Counted from the stretch's first letter, positions 9,851 through 20,078 are shown. The stretch: 64,000 nucleotides of DNA from Gemmatimonadales bacterium (GCA_037189525.1 JBBCJC010000002.1:416001-480000), one strand, 5' to 3'. The notes: generated from the letters alone by a model not told the origin. Numbers and translations: made by a program.

Positions 9851-10471
9851 TCAGCGATTCAAGATGAACGTCCCAGGTCCGGTTCGGCAGCATCGTGTCG
9901 CCGAGCGAACCGTGCGTTTGGCGACGCTGATGCCGACGGAAAGGGTGGTCATCATCCCGCCCAGATGCATCAGCTCGGCTTCGACGACCACGGGCCAGTC
10001 ATCGCGCGGGTCGGTGAGAAAGAGGCCGCTGCCCACCGCGAGCCCGGCGCCGACTCGGATGCCCGAACAGGAGTAGTCCAGTGGGTCGGATCGGCGGGCG
10101 CAGTCGTTGAACCCGCTGAGGTGGACCGTCGGCCCCAGAAACCAGTATGGCAGTCGTCCGGGATCCGGTGTGATCGGTAGCGACAGCCCCGCGCCAATGG
10201 TGAGGCTGACCACACTTCCGCTGCCTCCGCCGACATACTGACCGCGAGTGGACATCCGCAGACTCGCACCCTCTGGTCGTGGCCGGATCCCGGTAAAGTG
10301 CGCGTACACACCAAGCGGGAACGGAGGCGTCGATCCGCCCAGTTGCTCCGGCCCCCTCAGCGGCTTGACGACGCCGGCACCGAACAGGGCATAGGATGGA
10401 ACCGGCGGCTCCTGGGCCTGCGCACCCGAGCTGAGCCCCGCGACCGCCAGGATCGCGAGCGTCCACCGCAT
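9851..10471 (-). CDS. Hypothetical exported protein, possible small beta-barrel
   Basis: Signal peptide MRWTLAILAVAGLSSGAQA-Q, alternating Gly/hydrophobic strands, one Cys-pair loop. Confidence 0.55.
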   Translation of the reverse strand: MRWTLAILAVAGLSSGAQAQEPPVPSYALFGAGVVKPLRGPEQLGGSTPPFPLGVYAHFTGIRPRPEGASLRMSTRGQYVGGGSGSVVSLTIGAGLSLPITPDPGRLPYWFLGPTVHLSGFNDCARRSDPLDYSCSGIRVGAGLAVGSGLFLTDPRDDWPVVVEAELMHLGGMMTTLSVGISVAKRTVRSATRCCRTGPGTFILNR

Positions 10472-10618
10472 CGGGCGGGGTCTCACCGCTGGAATGGAAT
10501 CGCTCTCGGCAACCGTCATCGGTCCCGCGCTGCGTGCGTATCTCACCAATATATGGAATTGGCCGGCACGCCGGTGCAGACTTGCCCCCGCTGCGATTCG
10601 GCACGATACTTTGGTGTC

Positions 10619-10638
10619 CAGATTTGTATACAAATCTG
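10619..10638. promoter_or_regulatory. Perfect 20-bp palindrome, GntR/FadR-type operator candidate
   Basis: CAGATTTGTATACAAATCTG, just downstream of TTGCCC-N17-GATACT (10582-10610). Confidence 0.7.
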
Positions 10639-10676
10639 ACGACACGACCGAGTCATCCTCTTCACACGAGCTTCCC

Positions 10677-12209
10677 ATGTCCAAGTCGTTCTGGCGATCG
10701 TCTTCGCTCGTCCTGGTCTGCTGCGCAACCGTGATCTCCGGCGTGTCGGCGCAACGCGCGGCACAGCGCGCACCGCTCGACGGATTCGATCAGTATGTCA
10801 CCAACGCCATTCGTGAACTCGAACACGCCGGCATTGCGATTGCCGTCGTGAAGAACGACTCGATCGTCTACGCCAAGGGATTCGGAGTGCGCGCGGTCGG
10901 CAAGCCCGAGCCGGTCGATGCGCACACCATCTTTGCCATCGGTTCCTCGACCAAAGCGTTTGCCGGTTTGTCGGTGGCCATGCTGGTCGACGAAGGCAAG
11001 ATGAAGTGGGACGAGCCGGTAGCGACGTACCTGCCCGGCTTCCGGCTCTATGATCCGTATGTCTCGCAGGAAATCTCGATGCGTGACGCGCTGACCCATC
11101 GGAGCGGCCTGGCGCGCACCGACCTGGTCTGGATCAGCGGACAGTTTACCAGCGAGGAGCTGATTCGCCGGCTCCGCTTCGTCAAACCGGCCGGGCCCTT
11201 CCGGCAGGAATACGGTTACCAGAATCTGATGTACCTCGCGGCCGGGATGGCCGTAGCCAAAGTGGCCGGAACCCCGACGTGGTCTGACTTTGCCGCGCAG
11301 CGGATTCTGGCGCCGCTCGGCATGCGCGAGTCGAGCTTGTCGGTCAAGGATCTGGCCGGCAAGACCAACGTCGCGCTGCCGCACGCCCGCATCAACGACA
11401 CGCTGCGGGTCGTCGCGGCGCGCGACATCGACCACGTCGCGCCGGCCGGATCGATCAACTCGAATGTGCTGGACATGGCGCAGTGGCTTCGCTTCCAGCT
11501 CAATGGCGGCAAAGTCAACGGCAAGGCGCTGCTCGGCCAGCGCGCCTTCGACGAAACCCGTACGCCGCAGTTCGCCATGCGCCGCGGGGGCGGCGGTGGT
11601 GCGCAGGGCGCCGAGCGGGACGGGTACTTCTCCGCCTATGGCATGGGCTGGTTCCTGCAGGACTACAAGGGCCGCTTCGTGGTGCATCACGGTGGCAACA
11701 TCGACGGAATGACGGCCCTGGTGGCCATGTTACCCGACGAGCAGTTGGGCGTGGTCGCCCTCACCAACATGAACGGCTCGCCGCTCCCGACCGCGCTGGC
11801 GTACACCATCTTCGATCGGTTTCTTGGCTTGCCCGCCAAAGATCGTGTGGCGGAGATCAAGCAGGCGCAGGGCCGAGCCGCGACCCGCGCTGCGCAGCAG
11901 GCAGCAGAAGCGGAGGCCAAGCGGGTCAAGAACACCTCGCCGACCCTGGCGCTCGACAAGTATGTCGGCACCTACGCCGACAGCGCCAACGGCGATTTCA
12001 AGGTCAGCCAGGAAAACGGTAAGCTGGTGGTGCGTTACGGCACCCAATTCACCGGTGATCTCGAGCACTGGAACTACGATACGTTCCGGGCCGTCTGGCG
12101 GAATTCGGCGCTCTTCACGCAGAGCATGGTGAACTTCACCATCGGCCGTGACGGCACGCCGTCCACCGTGACGATCGACATGTTTGGCGAGTTCGGACGC
12201 CGGCCCTGA
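10677..12209 (+). CDS. Serine hydrolase, class C beta-lactamase family, with C-terminal DUF3471-like domain
   Basis: Signal peptide; SSTK, LTHRSG, YQN, HGG; C-terminal LDKYVGTY...LEHWNYDTF. Confidence 0.9.
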   Translation: MSKSFWRSSSLVLVCCATVISGVSAQRAAQRAPLDGFDQYVTNAIRELEHAGIAIAVVKNDSIVYAKGFGVRAVGKPEPVDAHTIFAIGSSTKAFAGLSVAMLVDEGKMKWDEPVATYLPGFRLYDPYVSQEISMRDALTHRSGLARTDLVWISGQFTSEELIRRLRFVKPAGPFRQEYGYQNLMYLAAGMAVAKVAGTPTWSDFAAQRILAPLGMRESSLSVKDLAGKTNVALPHARINDTLRVVAARDIDHVAPAGSINSNVLDMAQWLRFQLNGGKVNGKALLGQRAFDETRTPQFAMRRGGGGGAQGAERDGYFSAYGMGWFLQDYKGRFVVHHGGNIDGMTALVAMLPDEQLGVVALTNMNGSPLPTALAYTIFDRFLGLPAKDRVAEIKQAQGRAATRAAQQAAEAEAKRVKNTSPTLALDKYVGTYADSANGDFKVSQENGKLVVRYGTQFTGDLEHWNYDTFRAVWRNSALFTQSMVNFTIGRDGTPSTVTIDMFGEFGRRP

Positions 12210-12237
12210 GTTCCGGAGCGGCGGCTCGGCCTCCGAC

Positions 12238-12975
12238 TCAGACGGGGTCGAGGCCGAGTCGCCAATGCCACCAGCTGCGCAGTCTGGGCCTGGTCAGCAC
12301 GACGTGCGCCAGCAGCGCAACCCCCGCCAAGATCGCGACGTACCACGGCTTCCCAAGTAGCGTCCTCCCATACTCGAGCCCGTTCCCGCGCGCGGCAGGT
12401 GCCAGGAGACGCGTTGTCAGCATGGCGTGCGCGGTGACGGTCAGCAACGCCAGGCGGATCAGATGGCGGGGCGCCCGCCAGAGCATCGACCGGCCCAGCC
12501 GATGATCGAGCCTGCTCGTGAAATAGAGGGCAATGAGACCGACCAGGCCGCCGAGTATTGCCATGGCGGTTCGGGCATTCGAGCCCGCCGTCTCGAACGC
12601 GACCTCGAGCATGCCATAGACGAAGCCTGTCACCACGAACGCCAGCGCAACGGCCAGCGGATAGAGGAACGGCCACGTGACCAGAGCGAGCATCGGTGCC
12701 CCCGCCGCACCATAATCCGGCGGTGAGGTCGCCGGGGTGCTGCTCGGCTCGTAAGAGCTCCCGCGCCAGAGGGCCGGGTCGTTCAGCCCGGGGGACGGCA
12801 CCGAAAACGGCGGTGGTGGCGGCGGCGGGCGATTGGCGCCGGTTGCGTTGTCCCACTGCTCCTGGCGGACCCGCTCTCGATGAGCCCAGGCGTCGTAGCT
12901 TTCCGGTTCGCGCACGCGGCGCCCTCGATGGAGGAGGTTGAATACTGCAGCGGGAATCGATCGGTCGCCAGTCAT
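12238..12975 (-). CDS. Hypothetical membrane protein (Pro-rich N-terminus, about 4 TM)
   Basis: Open frame with poly-Pro followed by four hydrophobic segments; start uncertain. Confidence 0.55.
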   Translation of the reverse strand: MTGDRSIPAAVFNLLHRGRRVREPESYDAWAHRERVRQEQWDNATGANRPPPPPPPFSVPSPGLNDPALWRGSSYEPSSTPATSPPDYGAAGAPMLALVTWPFLYPLAVALAFVVTGFVYGMLEVAFETAGSNARTAMAILGGLVGLIALYFTSRLDHRLGRSMLWRAPRHLIRLALLTVTAHAMLTTRLLAPAARGNGLEYGRTLLGKPWYVAILAGVALLAHVVLTRPRLRSWWHWRLGLDPV

Positions 12976-13069
12976 GCTCGGGACGAACGGAACTCCGGGC
13001 CGCATCGCGACCCTGAGAACGCCTCGCGCATCGTGAGGGAAGCACATCGTCCACACATCGGAGACACCC

Positions 13070-15529
13070 ATGCCCCTGTCACTCGGGGAGTTCCGTTATG
13101 CGGGGCGTCGCCTCATGCGCGCCCCGATGTTTACCCTGATTGCCGTCATCACCCTGGGCGTCGGGATCGGCGCCAACACGGCCATCTTCAGCGTCGTCAA
13201 TGGCGTGCTGCTCAAGCCGCTGCCCTATCACGACGCCGACCGCCTGGTGCAGGTCAGCCATGTCGCGCCGAACCTGGGCGGCACGGGTCAGAACCTGCCG
13301 CTCTCCGACGCGCTCTACTTCACCTATCGTGGCGACAACCGCGTCTTCGACGAGATCGGCTTGATCTCCGATGGCGACGCGACGATCACGGGCGGATCGT
13401 CACCCGAGCGGGTTCGTTCTCTGACGGTCACCGACGGAACCCTATCGCTGCTCGGTGCCCAGCCGACGCTCGGACGCCGCTTCACGGCCGACGACGACCA
13501 GGCGGGAGCGCCGCCCACCGTGATGCTGAGCTATGCCTACTGGCAGCGTCATTTCGGGGGTGATCGCCAGGTGTTGGAACAGATGCTGCCGATCGACGGG
13601 GTGCCGCATCAGATCATCGGCGTGTTGCCGCGCGATTTCCGGGTGCTCGAATACGACCCGACGATCTATCAGCCGGCGCGGCTCGATCCGGCTCGTGCGC
13701 AGCTGATGGCGATCCGCTTTCCCGCGCTGGCGCGGCTCAAGCCCGGCGTCGACATCGCCCAGGCCAATGCCGATCTGACCCGGCTCCTTCCGCTGGCGTT
13801 CGAACGCTACCCCGGCGGGATGCCCTATGATCGCTTCCGACAGACCGGCTTTGCCCCGGCGCTCGAGCCGCTGAAACAGGCCGTCGTCGGCGACGTGAGC
13901 ACGGTGCTCTGGGTTCTGCTTGGTACGGTTGGCCTGGTGTTGTTGCTGGCCTGTGCCAACGTGGCGAATCTGTTCCTGGTCCGGGCCGAGTCGCGCGAAC
14001 GGGAAGTCGCGGTGCGGACCGCGCTGGGCGCCGGCCGAGACCGGATCGTCGGCGGGTTCCTGACGGAGAGCGTGCTGCTTGGCGCGATGGCGGGGGCATT
14101 GGGTCTGGCGCTCGCCTATGGCGGCCTCCAGTTGCTGCGCGCCATCGGTCCCGAGAGCCTGCCGCGGATGAGCGCTATCGGGTTGGATCTCAAAGTGCTT
14201 GGCTTTACCGCCGTGATCTCGCTGGCGGCCGGGCTGTTGTTCGGCCTGTTGCCCGCGCTCAAGTATGGTCGTCCCGACCTATTACGCGCTCTCAAGGAGG
14301 GGAGTCGGGGTGGCGGCGGTGACCGGGCCCGATTCCGGACGCGCAACGGTCTGGTGGTGGTTCAGGTGGCGCTCGCGCTGGTGCTGCTGATCGGGTCGGG
14401 GCTGATGGTGCGGAGCGTTCAATCGCTCCAGGCCATCGACCCCGGATTCCGGAGTCCCGAGCAGGTGCTCACCTTCCGCCTCTTCGTTCCGGAGGCGGAA
14501 GTGCCCGATCCGGCGCGCGTGATCGAGCTCGAGCGCCAGATCCTGGCCGGCATTGCGCAGCTTCCGGCCGTATCGGGTGTCGGCGCCTCCTGGAGCGTAC
14601 CGATGTTCCCGCGGCGGATGGACGCTCCCATCAGCGTCGAGGGTGTCGAGGCCGATCCCAACACGCTCCAGCCGCCTCGGCGTCACAACACGATTGCGCC
14701 GGGGTACGCCGAAACGCTGCAGAACCCGATTCGGGCGGGGCGCACCATCACGTGGGACGATATCGACAACCGCGCCAAGGTCGTGCTGATCACCGAGAAT
14801 GTGGCCCGTGCCTATTGGTCCAGCGCCTCGGACGCCATCGGGAAGCGGATCAGTCTGGGGATTGGTGGCGACTGGCATGAGATCGTCGGGGTGCTGGCCG
14901 ATACCCGCTCCGACGGCGTCAGCCAGGAAGCGCCGGCAACGGTGCTCTGGCCGTTGTCACCGGACCGGTTTGGCGGCCAGCCGATTCGTTCGATGTCGTT
15001 CCTGGTGCGCACCACCGGCGATCCGCGCGGCTTGCAACGGAGCATCGAGCAGGCGGTTTGGGCCGTGAACCCGAGCCTGCCGCTGGCTGATGTGCGGACC
15101 CTGGCCGACCTGCAGGCGCAGTCGATGGCGCGCGCGGCATTCGCCATGGTCATGCTATCGATTGCTGCGGTCGTGGCCCTGGTCCTGGGTCTGGTCGGGA
15201 TCTATGGGGTGATCTCGTACGTGGTGGCACAGCGGACCCGGGAAATTGGGGTCCGGATCGCGCTCGGCGCGCAGCCCGGCGACGTCCGGCGGATGGTGCT
15301 GGGCCAGGCGGCGCTGGTGACGGCCACCGGTGTCGTGATCGGGCTGGTGACGGCGGCCTTGCTGACGCGGATGCTGACGGGTCTGTTGCATGGGGTCAAA
15401 GCGGTCGACCCGCTCACCTATGCTGCGACGGCGGTGGCCATCGGCCTGGTGGCGTTGGCGGCGAGTTATATCCCGACCCGTCGCGCCGTGGCGATCGACC
15501 CCGCGACGGCGCTCAGAGCGGATGGCTGA
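13070..15529 (+). CDS. ADOP family duplicated ABC permease (MacB-PCD/FtsX twice)
   Basis: GIGANTAIFSVVNGVLL, LLLACANVANL, REVAVRTALGA, QRTREIGVRIALGA, PTRRAVAIDP. No adjacent padR. Confidence 0.92.
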   Translation: MPLSLGEFRYAGRRLMRAPMFTLIAVITLGVGIGANTAIFSVVNGVLLKPLPYHDADRLVQVSHVAPNLGGTGQNLPLSDALYFTYRGDNRVFDEIGLISDGDATITGGSSPERVRSLTVTDGTLSLLGAQPTLGRRFTADDDQAGAPPTVMLSYAYWQRHFGGDRQVLEQMLPIDGVPHQIIGVLPRDFRVLEYDPTIYQPARLDPARAQLMAIRFPALARLKPGVDIAQANADLTRLLPLAFERYPGGMPYDRFRQTGFAPALEPLKQAVVGDVSTVLWVLLGTVGLVLLLACANVANLFLVRAESREREVAVRTALGAGRDRIVGGFLTESVLLGAMAGALGLALAYGGLQLLRAIGPESLPRMSAIGLDLKVLGFTAVISLAAGLLFGLLPALKYGRPDLLRALKEGSRGGGGDRARFRTRNGLVVVQVALALVLLIGSGLMVRSVQSLQAIDPGFRSPEQVLTFRLFVPEAEVPDPARVIELERQILAGIAQLPAVSGVGASWSVPMFPRRMDAPISVEGVEADPNTLQPPRRHNTIAPGYAETLQNPIRAGRTITWDDIDNRAKVVLITENVARAYWSSASDAIGKRISLGIGGDWHEIVGVLADTRSDGVSQEAPATVLWPLSPDRFGGQPIRSMSFLVRTTGDPRGLQRSIEQAVWAVNPSLPLADVRTLADLQAQSMARAAFAMVMLSIAAVVALVLGLVGIYGVISYVVAQRTREIGVRIALGAQPGDVRRMVLGQAALVTATGVVIGLVTAALLTRMLTGLLHGVKAVDPLTYAATAVAIGLVALAASYIPTRRAVAIDPATALRADG

Positions 15530-15554
15530 AACCGATGGCGTGGTTCCGAACTGC

Positions 15555-16817
15555 TCAGCTGCGAGGATCTCGGGCCAGCTCCGCACGGAACCACGCCGCC
15601 TGTTCCTCGCCCGCCACGGCGGCGAGGTGATCGAGCAACGGCGCCGTGGTGTGAATACCCTGCACCAGATACCCATCGAGGAAGCGGCCGAATTGCTCCG
15701 GGCCGATGCGGTCCTCCAGCCGGGCGAGCAACAGCGGCCCGCGCCGATAGGCGACCTGGCTCGATTGCCGCTCGGTCATCGCCGGGGTCCAGACCGGCCC
15801 CGCTGAGCGCCCGCCTTCCTCCCAGATCGCGCGCCGGCCGTCGAAGGCGGCCTGACTCTCGCGCTCGCGGAGATACATCGCAGCCGCGTACTCCGCCATC
15901 GTCTCGCTCAGCCAGTAATCAGCGGTCATCGCGGCCGTCAGACTGGTCCAGTAGTGCGAGATCTCGTGACAGGCAAAGTTGTGGAGTGACCTGGTGCTAT
16001 CGAGTCCGGCGTCGCTCAACACGATGTAGTTCTTGCGAGCGTATCCGGTTCCGGGCCGGTCGGCGATCACGACCTGTCCGCCCGGAAACGGATTGCGAGA
16101 ACCGAAACGCGCATCGAGATACGCGACGCAACTCTCGACCGCATCGAGCGTGGCGGCGACGGTACGATCCGCGGCCCGGTTGTAGAAGACCGTAAAGCGC
16201 TTGCCTTTGGCCTGTCGGAGTTCGGTCGTGGCGAAAAACGCGACGTCGATCTGCGGCACCTCGGTGCGGATGACCTGGTCGTTCCCGTCGGGGCGGACGG
16301 TGCCACCCGACGCGACCACCTGCCAACCTTGCGGCAGGCGGACGCGGAGTTCGCCCTCGAGTTCGTGATCGAGGCGCGCGGGAGTCGGAAACCACTGCGA
16401 GTCGAGGCCGAGTTCGACGCGGTTGGGCAGTACGCCATTGCTGCCGTTGGGTGGCAGGTCGAGCCGGCCGCCGTACCTGATCTGCACGGTACGCGTTGTT
16501 CCCGGAGCCACGGGTTCGTCCAATCCGATCGCGATCCGGTTCCAGCTGGGTACCAGATCGAACGGTGCCGCGTGATGGGATCCCACACCCTTGCCGGAGA
16601 GTTCGCGGATCGTCAACCCCCGATTGAGCAACAGGTGAATGGTATCGCGCGCGGCTGCGTGCGCCGGCAGGTGAAGCGTCGCGGCGACTTCGATCGTGCC
16701 GGCAGCGACGTCGATACGCGCGTCGGCCTGATAGCGGACGCGCGGAGATTGCGCGCTGCCCGCCGAGGCCAGGTTCAACGCGACCGCGACCGCCACCGCT
16801 GCGACCCGGATCATCAT
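15555..16817 (-). CDS. M1-like (gluzincin) metallopeptidase, exported
   Basis: Signal peptide; HEISH...WLSE (HExxH-x18-E); distal YRRG tyrosine. Overlaps the upstream gene stop. Confidence 0.8.
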   Translation of the reverse strand: MMIRVAAVAVAVALNLASAGSAQSPRVRYQADARIDVAAGTIEVAATLHLPAHAAARDTIHLLLNRGLTIRELSGKGVGSHHAAPFDLVPSWNRIAIGLDEPVAPGTTRTVQIRYGGRLDLPPNGSNGVLPNRVELGLDSQWFPTPARLDHELEGELRVRLPQGWQVVASGGTVRPDGNDQVIRTEVPQIDVAFFATTELRQAKGKRFTVFYNRAADRTVAATLDAVESCVAYLDARFGSRNPFPGGQVVIADRPGTGYARKNYIVLSDAGLDSTRSLHNFACHEISHYWTSLTAAMTADYWLSETMAEYAAAMYLRERESQAAFDGRRAIWEEGGRSAGPVWTPAMTERQSSQVAYRRGPLLLARLEDRIGPEQFGRFLDGYLVQGIHTTAPLLDHLAAVAGEEQAAWFRAELARDPRS

Positions 16818-18037
16818 GGTGCGGCGAGCTTGCCGGCCAGTTCGATGAAACGCGGGTCGCGTGATACCAGATAAGCGGTTCCCGGAACCTGATCGACCGC
16901 CGCCGTTCCGGTACCTGCGCTGGTCGAGTGCATCGAACCGACATTGGCGACCACCGCAACCACCACGTCAGCGCCTTCGATCCAGTAGAGCGAACCGGTA
17001 AAGCCGAGCACGTCGCCGTCGTGCCCGATAAGGGCGACACCGCTCGGATAGGTCCGGCGGAAGACGTTGTGTCCGACCTGCGAGTTGTCGCTGACAGTGA
17101 ACCACTGGGTCAGGAACTTCATGCTCTCCGGTTTGAGGAGCTTGCCGTCCCGAAGCGCCGCCCCATACCGCGCCAGGTCGCGCGCCGTGGCAATCATTCC
17201 ACCCGCGGTCCACTCGACGGACAGGTTCGACCCGGTCGCGTCGATCAGCCCGGGCCGCGGTTCGCTGAAGGCGGCATTGATGCCGGCGCTTTCCCGGAAA
17301 GTCGGTGTCGCCCAATGGTATCGATGGGGAATTCGCTCGCTGGGCACTGGTTCGAATCCTTCGAGGCGGATATCGGCGAGCCCGAGCGGATCGAGGATGC
17401 GGCGATGGATTTCGGCCACGGCATCGTTGCCGGTGATCTTCTCGATGACCATGCCGAGCAGCGTATAGTTGCTATTGGAGTAGCTGTATTTGGTGCCGGG
17501 ATCGAAGAGCGGCTGGTGACCCGTGATGTAGGGGAGCGCCTCGGTCTTGCCCCAGATGCGGGCCGGGTTGAGCCGATCGCCGCGGCCCTCCCGGATCCAC
17601 TTCGGATCGTCTTCCCAACTCGGCACCCCGCCGGTGTGATTCAGCAGCTGCGCAATGGTCGCCTTGTCGGCATTGGGAATACCGGCGACCGCCGCGCCCA
17701 GGATACTGGCGCTGGTGGCATCGAGGTCCAGTCGCCCTTCCTCGGCCAGTTGCAACACCACCACCGCCGCAAAGGTTTTGGTGATGCTTCCGATGCCGAA
17801 CAGCATGTCGGGGCTGATGGGCGTCTTGGCGACGATATCGGCCTGTCCGGCGACACCGGTCCAGATCACCCCGGTGCTGTCGGCCACCGCGGCCGAGACG
17901 CCTGGGAGGCCTTTGGCGACGGCCTCATCCAGCAGGGATTGCAGTTCCATGGCGGCTCCCACGGTCGGGGGCGATTCGGCGGCGGGTTTGCAGGCCCCGG
18001 CAACGAGGGCGAGAGCGACGAGGAGTCGCGAATGCAT
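16814..18037 (-). CDS. Serine hydrolase (D-peptidase / class C beta-lactamase family), lipoprotein
   Basis: Lipobox VAGAC; SITK, LLNHTGG, YSN, GHDG. Confidence 0.9.
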   Translation of the reverse strand: MHSRLLVALALVAGACKPAAESPPTVGAAMELQSLLDEAVAKGLPGVSAAVADSTGVIWTGVAGQADIVAKTPISPDMLFGIGSITKTFAAVVVLQLAEEGRLDLDATSASILGAAVAGIPNADKATIAQLLNHTGGVPSWEDDPKWIREGRGDRLNPARIWGKTEALPYITGHQPLFDPGTKYSYSNSNYTLLGMVIEKITGNDAVAEIHRRILDPLGLADIRLEGFEPVPSERIPHRYHWATPTFRESAGINAAFSEPRPGLIDATGSNLSVEWTAGGMIATARDLARYGAALRDGKLLKPESMKFLTQWFTVSDNSQVGHNVFRRTYPSGVALIGHDGDVLGFTGSLYWIEGADVVVAVVANVGSMHSTSAGTGTAAVDQVPGTAYLVSRDPRFIELAGKLAAP

Positions 18038-18213
18038 GGGTACTCCGGTCGAGAGGGAGAGTCGACGAATAGCGGCTCACCAAAGATGGTGCCCTCGAGC
18101 CGGGATGAGTAGCGTCTGTCGCCCGAGCCGTCTGGATTTGCGAAACCAGGCTGCCGCGGTTGTCGTAGGCACTGGTCTCGATCCGGCATTCGTCTCGAAC
18201 TCACGGTCTCCCG

Positions 18214-20052
18214 ATGATCCGTCTCCTGCTCTCGTCCGTGCTGGTTGCCTCGCTGCTGCCATGTGCCAAGGTCTCGGCGCAGAGCGATGTCGTCATTTCC
18301 CGAGTGACGGTCGTCGATATTGAACGGGGGCGGCTGATTCCTGATCAGACCGTCGTGATATCCGGCGGGCGGATCATTGCTGTGGAGCCAGCCGGCCGTG
18401 CCCGGCCGTCGCCGGATGCTCGTACGGTCGACGGTAGAGGCAAGTATCTGATGCCCGGTCTGCTCGACATGCACGTCCATCTGACGGCGAGCGGCAACGC
18501 CACCGGCATCGAAATGCCGTTGTTCATTGCCAATGGCGTTACCGGGGTTCGGGTCATGAATGCCGATCGCCCCAACGCCAATCCGACTGCGACGCCGGGC
18601 CTCGATACCCATCGCGGATGGCAGCGCCAGATCGAGGCCGGGACGCTGACCGGTCCGCGCCTGCTTTCGCTCGCTACCTGGGCAGTCAACGGCGGCGCCG
18701 GGATGCCCGCCGGCATGCCCGATTTCTATCGTGCCAGCACCCGGGAGGAAGGGGAGCAGCTGGCCCGGCACTTCAAGGAGCGGGGCTTCGATTTCATCAA
18801 GATCTATAACAACGTCTCGCGCGACGGCTATTTCGGATTGACGGATGAAGCGCGGCGGCTCGGGCTGCCGTTTGCCGGGCATGAGCCGGGTGCCGTGAGT
18901 GCAATCGAGATTTCGAATGCGGGGCAGGGAAGCCTCGAGCACTCGCGGATCTTTCTTTTCAACTGTTTTGCCGGCGCCGACTCGATGCAGAAGCGTCTGC
19001 TCAAGCTGACCTCCACGGCACTCCGCCGTCGGATGCTCGACGAGTATGATCCGACCCGTTGTGCCGAGGTTTTTCGGGTCTTTGCAAAGAACCGAACCTA
19101 CCTCACGCCAACGCTGGGGACCCGGCAGATGGACGCGATGGCGCACGATTCGGCATATCGGAACGATGCCAGGATGAAGTACATCCCGCTGCCGGCGCAG
19201 CTGGCGTGGAATGCCGACGCCGACGGTATGGTCGCCGGCGATCCGTCACCGGAGGGACGCCGGTCGTATCTCGACTTCTATCATCGGAGTCGCGCGCTGA
19301 CGCGGGATGCGTACCGTGCCGGAGTGCCGATCATGGTCGGGACCGATGCGGGCGATTCCTTCGTCTTTCCCGGATCCAGCATGCACAGTGAGCTGGAAGA
19401 GCTCGTGGCGGCGGGTTTCTCGCCAGCCGAAGCGCTGCGTGCGGCGACGCTGGGTGGCGCGGAGTATTTGAAGCGGACCGCGGATCTGGGCACGGTCCAG
19501 TCCGGCCGTTATGCGGACCTGGTGCTACTCGATGCCGATCCTCTCGCCGATGTGGCCAATGTGCGGCGGATTTATGCCGTGTTGATGAATGGTCGTGTTT
19601 ACGACCGCGCCGCGCTCGATGCGATGCTTGCGGGAGTGGAGGTGGCTGCGCGGCCCAGTGCGCAACTCCGTCTCTGGGCTGGTGCTGCGATGGGAGACAC
19701 GGCGGCAATGGCGGCTGGGCTTGCGGCCGGCGCCAAGATCGACTCGCTCGACACCGGGCGGGCTTCGTCGGGCCGCCGGGCGCTCAACTACGCAGCGCTC
19801 GGCAACCGCGCTCTGGCGATTCGGTTCCTGCTGGCGCGGGGCGCGTCGATCGACCTGGCCAACGGCACAGGGTTCGCGGCCGTGCATCATGCCGTCGAGG
19901 CCGGCGCGCTGGAGGCGCTCGATGTCCTGATCGAGGCGGGCGCCGATCTGACCCTCGCCACGTCGAGCGGCATGACACCTCTCACGATGGCCCAGCGTCG
20001 CGAATCGAAAGCCCTCGTTGCGCGTCTGGAGGCCGGGCGAAGCACTCGCTAG
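18214..20052 (+). CDS. Exported amidohydrolase with C-terminal ankyrin repeats
   Basis: PGLLDMHVH, DFIKIY, AGH, EH, GTD, ADLVLLDADPL; then ALNYAA, AVHHAV, TPLTMA ankyrin units. Confidence 0.88.
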   Translation: MIRLLLSSVLVASLLPCAKVSAQSDVVISRVTVVDIERGRLIPDQTVVISGGRIIAVEPAGRARPSPDARTVDGRGKYLMPGLLDMHVHLTASGNATGIEMPLFIANGVTGVRVMNADRPNANPTATPGLDTHRGWQRQIEAGTLTGPRLLSLATWAVNGGAGMPAGMPDFYRASTREEGEQLARHFKERGFDFIKIYNNVSRDGYFGLTDEARRLGLPFAGHEPGAVSAIEISNAGQGSLEHSRIFLFNCFAGADSMQKRLLKLTSTALRRRMLDEYDPTRCAEVFRVFAKNRTYLTPTLGTRQMDAMAHDSAYRNDARMKYIPLPAQLAWNADADGMVAGDPSPEGRRSYLDFYHRSRALTRDAYRAGVPIMVGTDAGDSFVFPGSSMHSELEELVAAGFSPAEALRAATLGGAEYLKRTADLGTVQSGRYADLVLLDADPLADVANVRRIYAVLMNGRVYDRAALDAMLAGVEVAARPSAQLRLWAGAAMGDTAAMAAGLAAGAKIDSLDTGRASSGRRALNYAALGNRALAIRFLLARGASIDLANGTGFAAVHHAVEAGALEALDVLIEAGADLTLATSSGMTPLTMAQRRESKALVARLEAGRSTR

Positions 20053-20078
20053 CAGGATCGAGCGGGCGCTTGCCGGCG

